In this document: piece by piece, positions 25,479 to 33,901 of the stretch | Numbering within the stretch: the stretch's first letter is position 1 | How the letters are laid out: the number at the start of each line of letters is the position of its first letter | IMG/VR virus record: IMGVR_UViG_3300032205_000001 | Coordinates: 1 to 44,217 of that record | Length of the DNA: 44,217 bases | Origin: a virus | Taxonomy: Duplodnaviria; Heunggongvirae; Uroviricota; Caudoviricetes | Strand: one strand, 5' to 3' | Position numbers and translations under genes: made by a program | The notes under the pieces: model-generated | Database searches by the model: none | Seen by the model: the letters and a program-made list of their open reading frames with translations, nothing else | Told to the model about the DNA's origin: nothing

Positions 25479-25927
25479 TTTTGTTCCGGTGGCTTGGGTG
25501 GATCGTAGCGGTAGCCGGCCTCATGAAGCAACGCGCTGCCCACGTTGGTCACGATCCACTGGATCAATGTGGTCGCCACCAGCCAGTCATGTGGTGTAAC
25601 CTTGTCAAATCCAAGGATATTTGCCAGCTTGAAGTCAGGCGTTCCCGTGCCGATGCCCTTGAAGTATCGGCGCCAGGCGTCAGCGATGGCAGCCTCACGT
25701 GGGTTGAACTGACGGCGGTGTTCGTGGTTGCCGACGTACCGCCACTCGGTCTCGGTTTCGAGCGCACGTTTGGCTACACATACAGGGCACATGCAGACAG
25801 GTTCATCCTCGTCGGGATGCATCTCGTGCAGGCAGTCGCCGTAGTTGGCGATGATCCGTAGCGCCATGTCGGCGTTGGCCATCCGGCGTTCGATCGTCTG
25901 TTCACGTTCGTAATTAGGGCTCGTCAT
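25475..25927 (-). CDS. hypothetical protein (150 aa)
   Basis: Likely start MTSPN. Confidence 0.75.
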   Translation of the reverse strand: MTSPNYEREQTIERRMANADMALRIIANYGDCLHEMHPDEDEPVCMCPVCVAKRALETETEWRYVGNHEHRRQFNPREAAIADAWRRYFKGIGTGTPDFKLANILGFDKVTPHDWLVATTLIQWIVTNVGSALLHEAGYRYDPPKPPEQK

Positions 25928-26216
25928 TTTTACGTTCCTCGCAAATCCACTTCCTGTCGGATCCGTACACGGCGTACACATGATCAGCGCCGAAGAACAC
26001 CCTAGCCTTGCAGTTCGGGCACCTGATGTCCGGCATCTCCATCGGCTTCACCTCGATCAGCGTGACCTCGAACATCGGGGTCGGCTTCACCATTGGAGGT
26101 GGCTGCGCAAATGGCGCGTGACAGCACCAAAGAACAGCTCCAGTCAGCTCTGAGACGTGGATATCCCGTTGCGGATTCGTGTGACACGGACAGCGGCACG
26201 GAACAAGGTCGGCCAC
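25914..26216 (-). CDS. Cys-rich hypothetical protein (100 aa)
   Basis: Coupled ORF. Confidence 0.7.
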   Translation of the reverse strand: MADLVPCRCPCHTNPQRDIHVSELTGAVLWCCHAPFAQPPPMVKPTPMFEVTLIEVKPMEMPDIRCPNCKARVFFGADHVYAVYGSDRKWICEERKNDEP

Positions 26217-26440
26217 TACTCAGGCTCCAGGGCCATGATCGTGACATTGACTTCACCGCACTGATAGATGTTGGCCATGCCCAGCGTCGTGTTGACACCC
26301 ATGCTGAACTGATCTTCCCAGCCAATTTCCTTGGCTGCGATGACTGCCGACTTCCAGCTCTTGAACAGTCGGTACTGTTGGTTGTACGGCAGGAACCGGC
26401 TCTTCTCGTCCGTGTTCTTGTTGATGACCAAGATCATCAT
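26216..26440 (-). CDS. hypothetical protein (74 aa)
   Basis: ATGA coupling. Confidence 0.75.
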   Translation of the reverse strand: MMILVINKNTDEKSRFLPYNQQYRLFKSWKSAVIAAKEIGWEDQFSMGVNTTLGMANIYQCGEVNVTIMALEPE

Positions 26441-26649
26441 GCGCTGCCGTACCTGAACGACTTGAACTGCTCTTCGCCGTAGCTCTTGCTGACGAAGAAC
26501 CCGAGCTTGTCGAGCTTCTTCTTATCGGCTTCAGAGACATCCTTGGGCTCGATGCCGCAGATAATCAGCTCGTCGTGCTCGCAGTGCGTGGGATTGGCCG
26601 GATTGCCGTATTTGAGGAGAATGGTCAGAGCTTCGATCAGGTCTTTCAT
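26437..26649 (-). CDS. hypothetical protein (70 aa)
   Basis: Start MKDLI gives ATGA overlap; PTHCEHDEL motif. Confidence 0.8.
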   Translation of the reverse strand: MKDLIEALTILLKYGNPANPTHCEHDELIICGIEPKDVSEADKKKLDKLGFFVSKSYGEEQFKSFRYGSA

Positions 26650-26822
26650 GGTTTCCTGGGTTGTCGACACGCTAGGTGCCAGCAGCTTGCCGGACCAGAT
26701 GTCTTGGTTGATTCGTCCAAGATCGCCTTGCAGCATTTAGCGATCAGCTGGCCGTTGATTCGTTTCTGCATAGCGACATGGGTCTTTGGCCACTTACTGC
26801 CCCTAACACGGTAGACGTTCAT
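26646..26822 (-). CDS. small hypothetical protein (58 aa, not in ORF track)
   Basis: MNVYRVRGSKWPKTHVAMQKRINGQLIAKCCKAILDESTKTSGPASCWHLACRQPRKP; ATGA at both ends. Confidence 0.65.
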   Translation of the reverse strand: MNVYRVRGSKWPKTHVAMQKRINGQLIAKCCKAILDESTKTSGPASCWHLACRQPRKP

Positions 26823-27337
26823 TTGTCGTAGAAGACCACATGCGTTGCCCAGCTGGGAGGCTTGAACCCTTCTTTGATCTCACTCGGCTGAACAACGATG
26901 TTCGAGCACTGCGTAGCGGTAGCCAGGTCGGCGTGGCACTCGCTGTCGAAGAAACCGCCGCCCTTCATCATCTGTTCGAACTCAGCCCACGGAATGTGAT
27001 CGCCGAACTTCTTCTTGATGGGACGGAAGTCGACGTTTCTTAGGTCTTCCAAGTCCAGACGGCTTGGAGATGGTTCACGCTCGTTTTGAGCGTCCCACCA
27101 GACGCCACCGTTGACGTCCTCGTGCTTGCCGCCATGGTTCTTGTCCTGGCCACAGAACAGGAAGTACGTGTGCCCGTTGATTTCGACGGGCTTGCTGTTG
27201 AACTCGTGCAGGCACATCTTCGGCAACCGCGAGACGTATACATCCACCATCGAGATGTGAATGTCGATGCGGCCCATCAGGATGGAGCGCCAGTACGCCT
27301 CGTTCTTTACAGGCTGTCCTTGTCGATTCCGTCCCAT
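26819..27337 (-). CDS. hypothetical protein (172 aa)
   Basis: Promoter 6 nt before ATG. Confidence 0.85.
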   Translation of the reverse strand: MGRNRQGQPVKNEAYWRSILMGRIDIHISMVDVYVSRLPKMCLHEFNSKPVEINGHTYFLFCGQDKNHGGKHEDVNGGVWWDAQNEREPSPSRLDLEDLRNVDFRPIKKKFGDHIPWAEFEQMMKGGGFFDSECHADLATATQCSNIVVQPSEIKEGFKPPSWATHVVFYDK

Positions 27338-27585
27338 CCCTTACCTACAGTCGAGCTGGTGTCCTGTTCCAGGACTAATGGCTGTAACGACTTGACCTCA
27401 AAGATTGTGATGAGAACGCTATCTGGTTCGCACACCTGGAGCTTGTGGGGCTCCCAGAACTTCGGATTGAACGGATAGGTCTTCATGAACGTGTACGCCG
27501 CCTCGTACGCGCTCTGGCCTTCCACGGATGCTGAGGCATCGAACTTAGAGAGGCCTGCCCAGCCCCAGACGTGCCATATCTTCAT
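27307..27585 (-). CDS. hypothetical protein (92 aa)
   Basis: ATGA coupling. Confidence 0.7.
   Translation of the reverse strand: MKIWHVWGWAGLSKFDASASVEGQSAYEAAYTFMKTYPFNPKFWEPHKLQVCEPDSVLITIFEVKSLQPLVLEQDTSSTVGKGWDGIDKDSL
27338..27371 (-). promoter_or_regulatory. ECF-like promoter
   Basis: TGGAAC-N16-TGTAGG-N6-ATG. Confidence 0.75.
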
Positions 27586-27920
27586 GTCCGGCTCAGGATG
27601 GTTTCAACCATTGAGAACATGGCGAGCAGCAGGATGTCGCGATCACGATCCAGGTATTCTTTGTACGTGTCCACGTGGTGGTAGAGACGTGCGCGTGCTG
27701 TCTCGATCTTGTTCTTGTTGTGATGCGTGTACATGGGCGCCACAAAGCGATCGACGAATGCGCCGATAGAAGCCTTGTCGCGCTTCTCTTTGCGTTCCTT
27801 GCGTTCCTGGCTGCGCTGATAGGCGTACGGATCTGCAGCGCGAGCCTCACGAGCCTCCTTGCGCTTCTGTCGTTGTCGGAAACTTCCGACACGTGAAGGT
27901 GTTTTTCGACGTGACGTCAT
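27582..27920 (-). CDS. basic hypothetical protein (112 aa)
   Basis: Start MTSRR gives ATGA overlap. Confidence 0.75.
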   Translation of the reverse strand: MTSRRKTPSRVGSFRQRQKRKEAREARAADPYAYQRSQERKERKEKRDKASIGAFVDRFVAPMYTHHNKNKIETARARLYHHVDTYKEYLDRDRDILLLAMFSMVETILSRT

Positions 27921-28300
27921 TCTGGCAGCTTGCTTTCCCAGCGCGAATCGCTGGAGTGACCGGGCCTGAAGCGAACGATGCACGTGCGCTTTGTCTTGAA
28001 CATCCACGTTTCATCGTGGCTGTCGATGATTGCCTGGATATCCTCGGCAGAGATGTGATCGCCGGGGAAGTTGATGAACGAATTCGTGATGCCGAACAGG
28101 AACGCTCGCTCTCTGAACGGCGGAGCATACTGATCTGTGTTCTCTGGCGGTTTGTGAAGCGTATCGTGCGCGCTGATCAGTCCTCGTGAGCCATCGCGCC
28201 ACCACACAGCATGACGCCCGCACTCACAGAACCGTGGTTTTAGGTTCTTTCGTGACGGCGCAATGATGTCACCACATTCCTGGCAGAACAGGACTTTCAT
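27917..28300 (-). CDS. hypothetical protein, N-terminal CxxC..CxC (127 aa)
   Basis: MKVLFCQECGD...CECG; ATGA overlap. Confidence 0.8.
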   Translation of the reverse strand: MKVLFCQECGDIIAPSRKNLKPRFCECGRHAVWWRDGSRGLISAHDTLHKPPENTDQYAPPFRERAFLFGITNSFINFPGDHISAEDIQAIIDSHDETWMFKTKRTCIVRFRPGHSSDSRWESKLPE

Positions 28301-28536
28301 TTCCACTCCGAGTCGTTGGGGTCGTACCAAGATGGAAATTCACCCCGTGTAGCCCTCTTGATCTCCCAGATGAGATTCTTGCGAGCCTCCTCGGAAACCA
28401 CGGACTGCACAGCCGTGAGCGCCATCAGTTCGATGAACTTCAGGCGATCTCTGAGCTTCTCGACTTCCTCGATGAGCTGAGGAATTGGTTCAGCAAGATG
28501 CTTCCACCAATCGAGTTGCTGTTGGGTGATGGCCAT
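28297..28536 (-). CDS. hypothetical protein (79 aa)
   Basis: Start uncertain (28536/28548/28551). Confidence 0.7.
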   Translation of the reverse strand: MAITQQQLDWWKHLAEPIPQLIEEVEKLRDRLKFIELMALTAVQSVVSEEARKNLIWEIKRATRGEFPSWYDPNDSEWK

Positions 28537-28599
28537 CCTGTGGCACATCACTGCGTTAGCGCGCCATTGTCAAGAACAGCGCAAGCGTCTGCGTTCTAC

Positions 28600-28800
28600 T
28601 TACGGCCGGTAACCGTAACGATCGACCTCTTCGTAGTAGCAGTTGCTGCATTTGCGGCGAGCTGTCTCGTCGCCGCTAAAGAGGCCAACGCCGCATTTGC
28701 TGCACTTCTGTTCGGCCTGGGCGCGTCCTCGGCACGAGATGCAGACCTGACCGGCATGGAGAAAGTGGCAGGTACATCCATTTGGGGATACGTCTTCCAT
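28600..28800 (-). CDS. small Cys-rich protein (66 aa)
   Basis: SD GGAGGT before MEDVS; three CxxC pairs. Confidence 0.75.
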   Translation of the reverse strand: MEDVSPNGCTCHFLHAGQVCISCRGRAQAEQKCSKCGVGLFSGDETARRKCSNCYYEEVDRYGYRP

Positions 28801-28802
28801 CG

Positions 28803-29033
28803 CTACCTCCGTTTCAAGATCCATCGTCCACGATCGTCATGGTTGTTGTACGTGGTCGTCCGGCTTGGAGTCCACAGGCGTTTGTACAACTTCTTCAGCG
28901 TGATGCTTGTGCGGATATGGCGGCTATTCTTCGGCTTGTAGCGCGATACCGAGATCACCCTGCGCTCAGCGCCGGACGACACCTCGATGATGATGTCCCC
29001 CGGCAGGAGCTGGAGCCACTCCTCCTTGGTCAT
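28803..29033 (-). CDS. hypothetical protein (76 aa)
   Basis: Start MTKEE gives ATGA overlap. Confidence 0.75.
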   Translation of the reverse strand: MTKEEWLQLLPGDIIIEVSSGAERRVISVSRYKPKNSRHIRTSITLKKLYKRLWTPSRTTTYNNHDDRGRWILKRR

Positions 29034-29176
29034 TGTCCTCTGGCGGATCGAACTCGCAGCGACCACGGCACCAGGACGCACGCTGCGCACGAGGCGTGAT
29101 GGTCACGCCATTCGGCACCGGCTTCGGAACTGCAGCCGATGCGAACACGAGCCGTCGTGGTTTCTTCATCAGTCAC
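29030..29176 (-). CDS. small hypothetical protein (48 aa)
   Basis: GTG start overlapping upstream stop. Confidence 0.5.
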   Translation of the reverse strand: MTDEETTTARVRIGCSSEAGAEWRDHHASCAACVLVPWSLRVRSARGQ

Positions 29177-29534
29177 CCTTGTCACCCTGGAGCGGCTGAG
29201 AGAACGGCATGGAGATCTTGTCGGGCGCAATGATCAGTCGAACCTTGCCCGGAAGACCGCCAGCACCAACGAACATCGTGACGAGCTGGCTGATGTGGTC
29301 CTCGGTCAGGGCGTCACGCATCGCCAGCTTGAGCATCAGGAGGAACGTTTCTTCCTGGTCTAGCGTGCCGGAGAACGAGGACAGTGCTTCGTCGGTCGCA
29401 CAGCACCACGCTTCCCTGGAATCGGCGTCGAGCTGTTCCCAGGTCTTGTTTAGCTGCTTCTTTTTGGCGTACGCAGCAAACGCTACCCTGGCGTAGTTCT
29501 CACGTGCCCTCTTTGGATCCACCTTGCTTCTCAT
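29169..29534 (-). CDS. hypothetical protein (121 aa)
   Basis: Likely start MRSKV. Confidence 0.7.
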   Translation of the reverse strand: MRSKVDPKRARENYARVAFAAYAKKKQLNKTWEQLDADSREAWCCATDEALSSFSGTLDQEETFLLMLKLAMRDALTEDHISQLVTMFVGAGGLPGKVRLIIAPDKISMPFSQPLQGDKGD

Positions 29535-29658
29535 GCGCCCTCTTTTGCTTGTACTCCTCGCGCACTTTTTCGAGATATGCAAGCGCATCCTTAGGATCCA
29601 TGTCGCCTACATCGATGTAGAAGACGTGGCGATTCGGTATTCCTGGGATGATTTTCAT
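29500..29658 (-). CDS. small protein resembling a segment of T4-type portal (gp20) proteins (52 aa)
   Basis: RHVFYIDVGDMDPKDALAYLEKVREEYKQK; ATGA overlap. Confidence 0.6.
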   Translation of the reverse strand: MKIIPGIPNRHVFYIDVGDMDPKDALAYLEKVREEYKQKRAHEKQGGSKEGT

Positions 29659-29849
29659 GGCGCTTTCCTCTGGCCACCTTTTGGGCCGTTCTGACACAGC
29701 GGGGTCATTGCCGCCTTGTAGCTCTCAGGAGTCATCGCTCCGTCGCCCTCGGGGCGCGAGCACCAAATAGCCCTGCAGTTCACACAAAAGATGTAATGGC
29801 CGCCTGAGCCAAAGCTGACGGTCTCATGAGCGCATGGCTCGTCAGACAT
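29655..29849 (-). CDS. small CxxC protein (64 aa)
   Basis: Start MSDEP. Confidence 0.65.
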   Translation of the reverse strand: MSDEPCAHETVSFGSGGHYIFCVNCRAIWCSRPEGDGAMTPESYKAAMTPLCQNGPKGGQRKAP

Positions 29850-30132
29850 TTTGGTCCTCCTTCTCGAAGGTATCAAACAGGTCGTCATAGCCCAGTGCCT
29901 TTAGTTCCTCGTCAGCCTGTTTTTTGCTCTCGGTGACATAGATCTGTAAAGCTTCTGCAGCCGACACCATCTCCTGCGCCTGTGACCATTTCTGGAACTT
30001 GGCGATACAGGTGCCGTTGGCTGCAATCACTTCCCAGGTCCAGTCTTGCTCGACCTTCCAGGGCAGCGGGTTCTTCATGATCTGACGCCAGAGCAGCTCC
30101 CTTGCCCACTCAGTCATGCTGAGATCGTTCAT
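29842..30132 (-). CDS. hypothetical protein (96 aa)
   Basis: ATGA coupling. Confidence 0.8.
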   Translation of the reverse strand: MNDLSMTEWARELLWRQIMKNPLPWKVEQDWTWEVIAANGTCIAKFQKWSQAQEMVSAAEALQIYVTESKKQADEELKALGYDDLFDTFEKEDQNV

Positions 30133-30326
30133 GGCGTTTTCCCTAACGCCTTGGCAACTGCGGAGATGAACTCATCGGGTGTCATCGAGTTGAACTTCTC
30201 GCACATCGGTAGCCCGTGAATAATCCCGTCGGTCTTGTCGGTCTTTGGATCTATAGACTCCGAGAGCAGGAGCCCACAGAACGGACATGGGCATAGCGGC
30301 TTGGCGTGAAATGTCTGTTCAGTCAT
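30129..30326 (-). CDS. hypothetical protein (65 aa)
   Basis: Coupled ORF. Confidence 0.7.
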   Translation of the reverse strand: MTEQTFHAKPLCPCPFCGLLLSESIDPKTDKTDGIIHGLPMCEKFNSMTPDEFISAVAKALGKTP

Positions 30327-30726
30327 TGGGGAGCCTTGTGGTGTGCAGCTCTCGCGCGAGCTTGCCGTTTATCCACACAGACTCGTAGATTTCATGTTTG
30401 AATGCAATTTCGAGCAGCTCGAACAAAGTCTGCTCAGCATCCTCGTCATTTAGCCAGTCACCGATGGGCTGGCGCGTCTTGACCGTGATGGGCTCTCTAG
30501 TGGTGCGCTCTAGGACGAATAGCTCCACAGCCATCTGCCACCGTCGGCTGCCGTTCTCTGTGCTCGTCCTGCCTGCGTCAGCGGGCTCCATGAACACTTC
30601 AACTCGGAACGGAAACGTCAGCTTCACACGCTTGCAGAAGTCTTTCCAGAGCACCTCCTGCATGTCGATCGGTGGACCGCATGTGCAATCGGCAGGGTGT
30701 TGTTCACAGCCTGGGCAGATCGTCAT
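30319..30726 (-). CDS. hypothetical protein (135 aa)
   Basis: Coupled ORF. Confidence 0.8.
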   Translation of the reverse strand: MTICPGCEQHPADCTCGPPIDMQEVLWKDFCKRVKLTFPFRVEVFMEPADAGRTSTENGSRRWQMAVELFVLERTTREPITVKTRQPIGDWLNDEDAEQTLFELLEIAFKHEIYESVWINGKLARELHTTRLPND

Positions 30727-30734
30727 GACTCAGC

Positions 30735-31007
30735 TTACCTCATCGACCACTTGGACTTGCTCTTCCATTGCTTTGGCTTACGATTACCACGAGCGATGCG
30801 ACCACGTTGCTCGGAATCTCGGATGCATCCGGCCCGTTGGAGAATCATCTGAATGTAGCTGACCTTCTGGTTGTATGTCCTCGGTTCATCGAGGTACGAG
30901 AAGATCATGTCGTAGATCTCGTGCGACTTGACGTCACTTCTGTAGAGAGCAACTACACGTTGTTGTTGTTCTGGTGAAGCAATGACTGGTCGACGTTTTG
31001 CCGCCAT
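30735..31007 (-). CDS. basic hypothetical protein, possible HTH (90 aa)
   Basis: Start MAAKRR gives TGATG overlap. Confidence 0.7.
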   Translation of the reverse strand: MAAKRRPVIASPEQQQRVVALYRSDVKSHEIYDMIFSYLDEPRTYNQKVSYIQMILQRAGCIRDSEQRGRIARGNRKPKQWKSKSKWSMR

Positions 31008-31519
31008 CAGTAGTAGCTGAAGCTGTCCTTCTTGCTCTTTGTCCTGTCCTTGCAGATCTTCTCGAACGTGATGTCCTCGCGGATTGGTTGGCCAACTGCC
31101 GCAGCCAGCACCCACTCAGCGTTGTAGACGAAACGCCAGTTCGGCGAACCATCCATGCCTTCGGCCTGCCAGCGAGCATCGGGGTTCCACTCGATGTAGC
31201 CGTGGAAGGTGTCGATGTCGGTGTCCAGGTTGCGGCACCATTCCGAGAACTCCTCGCCATCGAACTCCAGCTCGGAGACCTTGTAGCCGCACTTCGAGCA
31301 GTACTCGGCCTTTGGATCTTTGGCCTTGGTTGCCTCGCAGCACTTCTTGAGCTTCGGTGCGTTCTCGACGAGATATTGTTCTTTGAGGTACTCGGCTAGG
31401 TCGACGAGCGCCTCTTTGGCGTCCTTAAACGTCTTCTTTGATGTCCACGGCATGTACGCGAGCCGCTGGCTCTCGACGTAGCCAAAGTTCAGAACCAACG
31501 TGTATCGTTTTCCAGCCAC
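31007..31519 (-). CDS. hypothetical protein with CC..CxxC zinc ribbon (170 aa)
   Basis: Long coupled ORF. Confidence 0.85.
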   Translation of the reverse strand: MAGKRYTLVLNFGYVESQRLAYMPWTSKKTFKDAKEALVDLAEYLKEQYLVENAPKLKKCCEATKAKDPKAEYCSKCGYKVSELEFDGEEFSEWCRNLDTDIDTFHGYIEWNPDARWQAEGMDGSPNWRFVYNAEWVLAAAVGQPIREDITFEKICKDRTKSKKDSFSYY

Positions 31520-31749
31520 TATCCCTCCAAGTTCTCTTCGATGTATTTGCGCAGCTTGCCAGGCGTTACAGGAAGACCCTTGGCAGTGCAGTGCTCATCA
31601 AAACAAAAGTGACCCTCCGGCGTCCGGCCGCCGATGTACCAGTTCAGAATGCGCAGCTTCTTGCCGGACGGCTTCCACAGTGTGGTGGCCATATTGCCGA
31701 CGAGGTAGCGCCAAATTCCCGATTCGAGCGTGAGCTTCCGTGGTTTCAT
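31519..31749 (-). CDS. hypothetical protein (76 aa)
   Basis: Start MKPRK gives ATGA overlap. Confidence 0.7.
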   Translation of the reverse strand: MKPRKLTLESGIWRYLVGNMATTLWKPSGKKLRILNWYIGGRTPEGHFCFDEHCTAKGLPVTPGKLRKYIEENLEG

Positions 31750-32084
31750 GGCTTCCAGAACCCGCATTCTGAGATAGAGCAGAGCTTGTGCTCGTGGCAC
31801 ATGTCGCAGTGGTGGTCTTTGTACTCGCACCCCTTGAGCTTGCCGCGTTCCCAGCGTGGCTCATGGTCATGACAACCAAAGCATGAGCAGTCGCGTGGTC
31901 CATCACCTGGAACACGTAGTGGCCAAGGATGCGCTGGGTCTTCACAGTTACAGAGTCCCCAGGTTTCGCCATCGGTCCAGCCGTACGAGCAGTTGTGCAT
32001 GTCGTCGACATGCCAAGATGGTGCCGCCGGAAGCGGATAGTTCGGCGTTCCCATTTCCTCTAGCAGCTCGTTGATCGTCTTCAT
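31746..32084 (-). CDS. Cys/His-rich hypothetical protein (112 aa)
   Basis: Multiple Cys/His clusters. Confidence 0.75.
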   Translation of the reverse strand: MKTINELLEEMGTPNYPLPAAPSWHVDDMHNCSYGWTDGETWGLCNCEDPAHPWPLRVPGDGPRDCSCFGCHDHEPRWERGKLKGCEYKDHHCDMCHEHKLCSISECGFWKP

Positions 32085-32105
32085 GGTTTAGGCTAGTGTC
32101 CTTGC
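32071..32105 (+). promoter_or_regulatory. sigma70-like promoter (leaderless) for lone plus-strand gene
   Basis: TTGATC-N17-TAGTGT-N6-ATG. Confidence 0.55.
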
Positions 32106-32402
32106 ATGGTTCCAGCGGACGTCAACACTCTCACTACCGATGGGCACGTTCACCAGGTCTCCAGCAGAGTGCCGATTGAAACCACGAGAAATGTCGGCGA
32201 AATCGGCACAGTAACTGCTGAAGACCCTGAAAATCCTGGACAGTATATTCAGGTGCTGGGTCGATTGACGAACGTTTTTGAGACGGTTCCTGCAACACGG
32301 TACGTCTGCAACTGCAACATCGCGTTTGATCGGGTCGACTCCGACTTGACCGCCGATGAATTCTTTACACAAGGCGCAGCGGTCAACTGTCCGAATTGCT
32401 AG
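32106..32402 (+). CDS. hypothetical protein (98 aa), only plus-strand gene in the left arm
   Basis: Fills the gap between minus genes; protein-like composition, CNC...CPNC; own promoter. Confidence 0.7.
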   Translation: MVPADVNTLTTDGHVHQVSSRVPIETTRNVGEIGTVTAEDPENPGQYIQVLGRLTNVFETVPATRYVCNCNIAFDRVDSDLTADEFFTQGAAVNCPNC

Positions 32403-32794
32403 CGCTCCGACAGAGGCGGCAGGGTGACCTTGGCGCGAATTTCCGCAGCCAGCTCCTTTGCACGAGCCAAAGGCACGAAGCCTGGCTCTTGTGAGTTGCG
32501 AGGCGACGAGAACAGGTAGCCACCCTCGACCTTTTCGACAGCGCACCGCTTGAACGATTCCGAGTGACCGTTCTCGATGGCAGCCGCCAGCTCGATTATC
32601 TCCCAGGCCGTGCCCTCGACGCAGGCATCGGAGATCCTGCCAGAGTACATGAGCGCAGCCCCGTACTCGGTCGGCTTCATCCAGCGCTCGTTCGGGTGTT
32701 CGGCGCGCTCGATCGTCCACCAGTCGCCCATGTGTTCGGACTTGACGACAGCCAGCTTGACGTCGTTTCCAGGCTGCAAAACGTACTCGTTCAT
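32399..32794 (-). CDS. hypothetical protein (131 aa)
   Basis: Start MNEYV gives ATGA overlap. Confidence 0.8.
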   Translation of the reverse strand: MNEYVLQPGNDVKLAVVKSEHMGDWWTIERAEHPNERWMKPTEYGAALMYSGRISDACVEGTAWEIIELAAAIENGHSESFKRCAVEKVEGGYLFSSPRNSQEPGFVPLARAKELAAEIRAKVTLPPLSER

Positions 32795-33069
32795 GACTTC
32801 CCTTTGGATGGTGCCTCGTACTCGTGATCGCAGATTTGGCAGGTGAACAGCCCCGTGTTGGCCGATAGGATCTTGGTCGCCTTCGAGCCGCAGTTCGGGC
32901 ATGTCCGCCAGGTCGAAACCCTCTTGGGCTTCTTCATGTCGGCGACGCACGGAATGATCTCCAGCTCACCCGGGGCCGTAGTTCGCTCGTGGTAGCGCGG
33001 GCCATTCACACCATCCCGCAGCCCAAGCCAGCCCGGCTCTTTGCACCCACGGCATTCTGCGTTCGCCAC
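32791..33069 (-). CDS. double Zn-ribbon hypothetical protein (92 aa)
   Basis: CRGC, CPNC, CQIC; promoter 6 nt before GTG. Confidence 0.75.
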   Translation of the reverse strand: MANAECRGCKEPGWLGLRDGVNGPRYHERTTAPGELEIIPCVADMKKPKRVSTWRTCPNCGSKATKILSANTGLFTCQICDHEYEAPSKGKS

Positions 33070-33103
33070 GAGCTACCTACAGGCTACCTTCGAGATACTT
33101 TCA
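33070..33103 (-). promoter_or_regulatory. ECF-like promoter
   Basis: TGAAAG-N16-TGTAGG-N6-GTG. Confidence 0.75.
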
Positions 33104-33112
33104 AGCTACCCA

Positions 33113-33126
33113 CGCAAGTACTTGCG
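33113..33126. promoter_or_regulatory. palindromic operator type B
   Basis: CGCAAG-TA-CTTGCG, 9 nt upstream of promoter -35. Confidence 0.55.
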
Positions 33127-33130
33127 CGGC

Positions 33131-33334
33131 TCAGCCAATGGTCCAACCTTTGGCGCGCTCTGCCCGTCCCAAAGCCACCATGATGTCCTCGCGATCGTAC
33201 TTTGAGCCCATGGTGTAGAGCAGCACGCGGAACTTCAAGGCTTCTTGAGTATTTGCGACACCGAATTCCTTTTCTAGTTCAGCGAATTGCTCGGCGTTCT
33301 TGGGCTTGTAGTCGGGATAGTAAATAGTGGACAT
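33131..33334 (-). CDS. hypothetical protein (67 aa)
   Basis: Start MSTIY. Confidence 0.7.
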   Translation of the reverse strand: MSTIYYPDYKPKNAEQFAELEKEFGVANTQEALKFRVLLYTMGSKYDREDIMVALGRAERAKGWTIG

Positions 33335-33341
33335 GATTGAC

Positions 33342-33635
33342 CTACCAGTCAGAGAAATCGGTGAGATTGCACCGGGCAGCACCCGTATCGTCTTCCTTGT
33401 CGGTCCTTCGGGTGTCGAAGACAGCCTCTAAGATCCGGTCCTTCAGCTCGTTGCGTACGCAAATACCGCATTCAACAGCTAAAAATGTCCCGAGCCCCGT
33501 TGGCGTGATGACGTACGAAATCCTGCCGCCGGCAGCCCCGCAATAGGGCTCCTCGCCGTCATGAGCCTCAGCAAGGTGCTTCTTGTACCAGGCGTCGTAC
33601 TTGGCGCGCTCAGCTTCATCCAGCTCGAACTTCAT
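33342..33635 (-). CDS. hypothetical protein (97 aa)
   Basis: GAAGG.ISY..TPTGLG motif; ATGA coupling. Confidence 0.8.
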   Translation of the reverse strand: MKFELDEAERAKYDAWYKKHLAEAHDGEEPYCGAAGGRISYVITPTGLGTFLAVECGICVRNELKDRILEAVFDTRRTDKEDDTGAARCNLTDFSDW

Positions 33636-33874
33636 GTGCGCTCACCGGCAGCTTCGGCCTCAGCGATGATCCACGCCGCCAGGCGCTTGCCCTGGACCAT
33701 GTCTTCGGCCATGAGCTTCTCCAGCTGCACGGTCTCGGAACATTCGAGGCCGACCATGTCGTCGTCCTCCAGCTTCTTATACAGCTCGTCTCGGAGCCTC
33801 TGGCGCCCTTCGAACTGGAGGGCACAAACGAGAGCTTCCTGACGTGATGTGATGGGCTCGTGGGACGTAATCAT
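33632..33874 (-). CDS. hypothetical protein (80 aa)
   Basis: Coupled ORF. Confidence 0.75.
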   Translation of the reverse strand: MITSHEPITSRQEALVCALQFEGRQRLRDELYKKLEDDDMVGLECSETVQLEKLMAEDMVQGKRLAAWIIAEAEAAGERT

Positions 33875-33901
33875 GCGCCAGACGAGCTATCACCCATAAT
33901 C

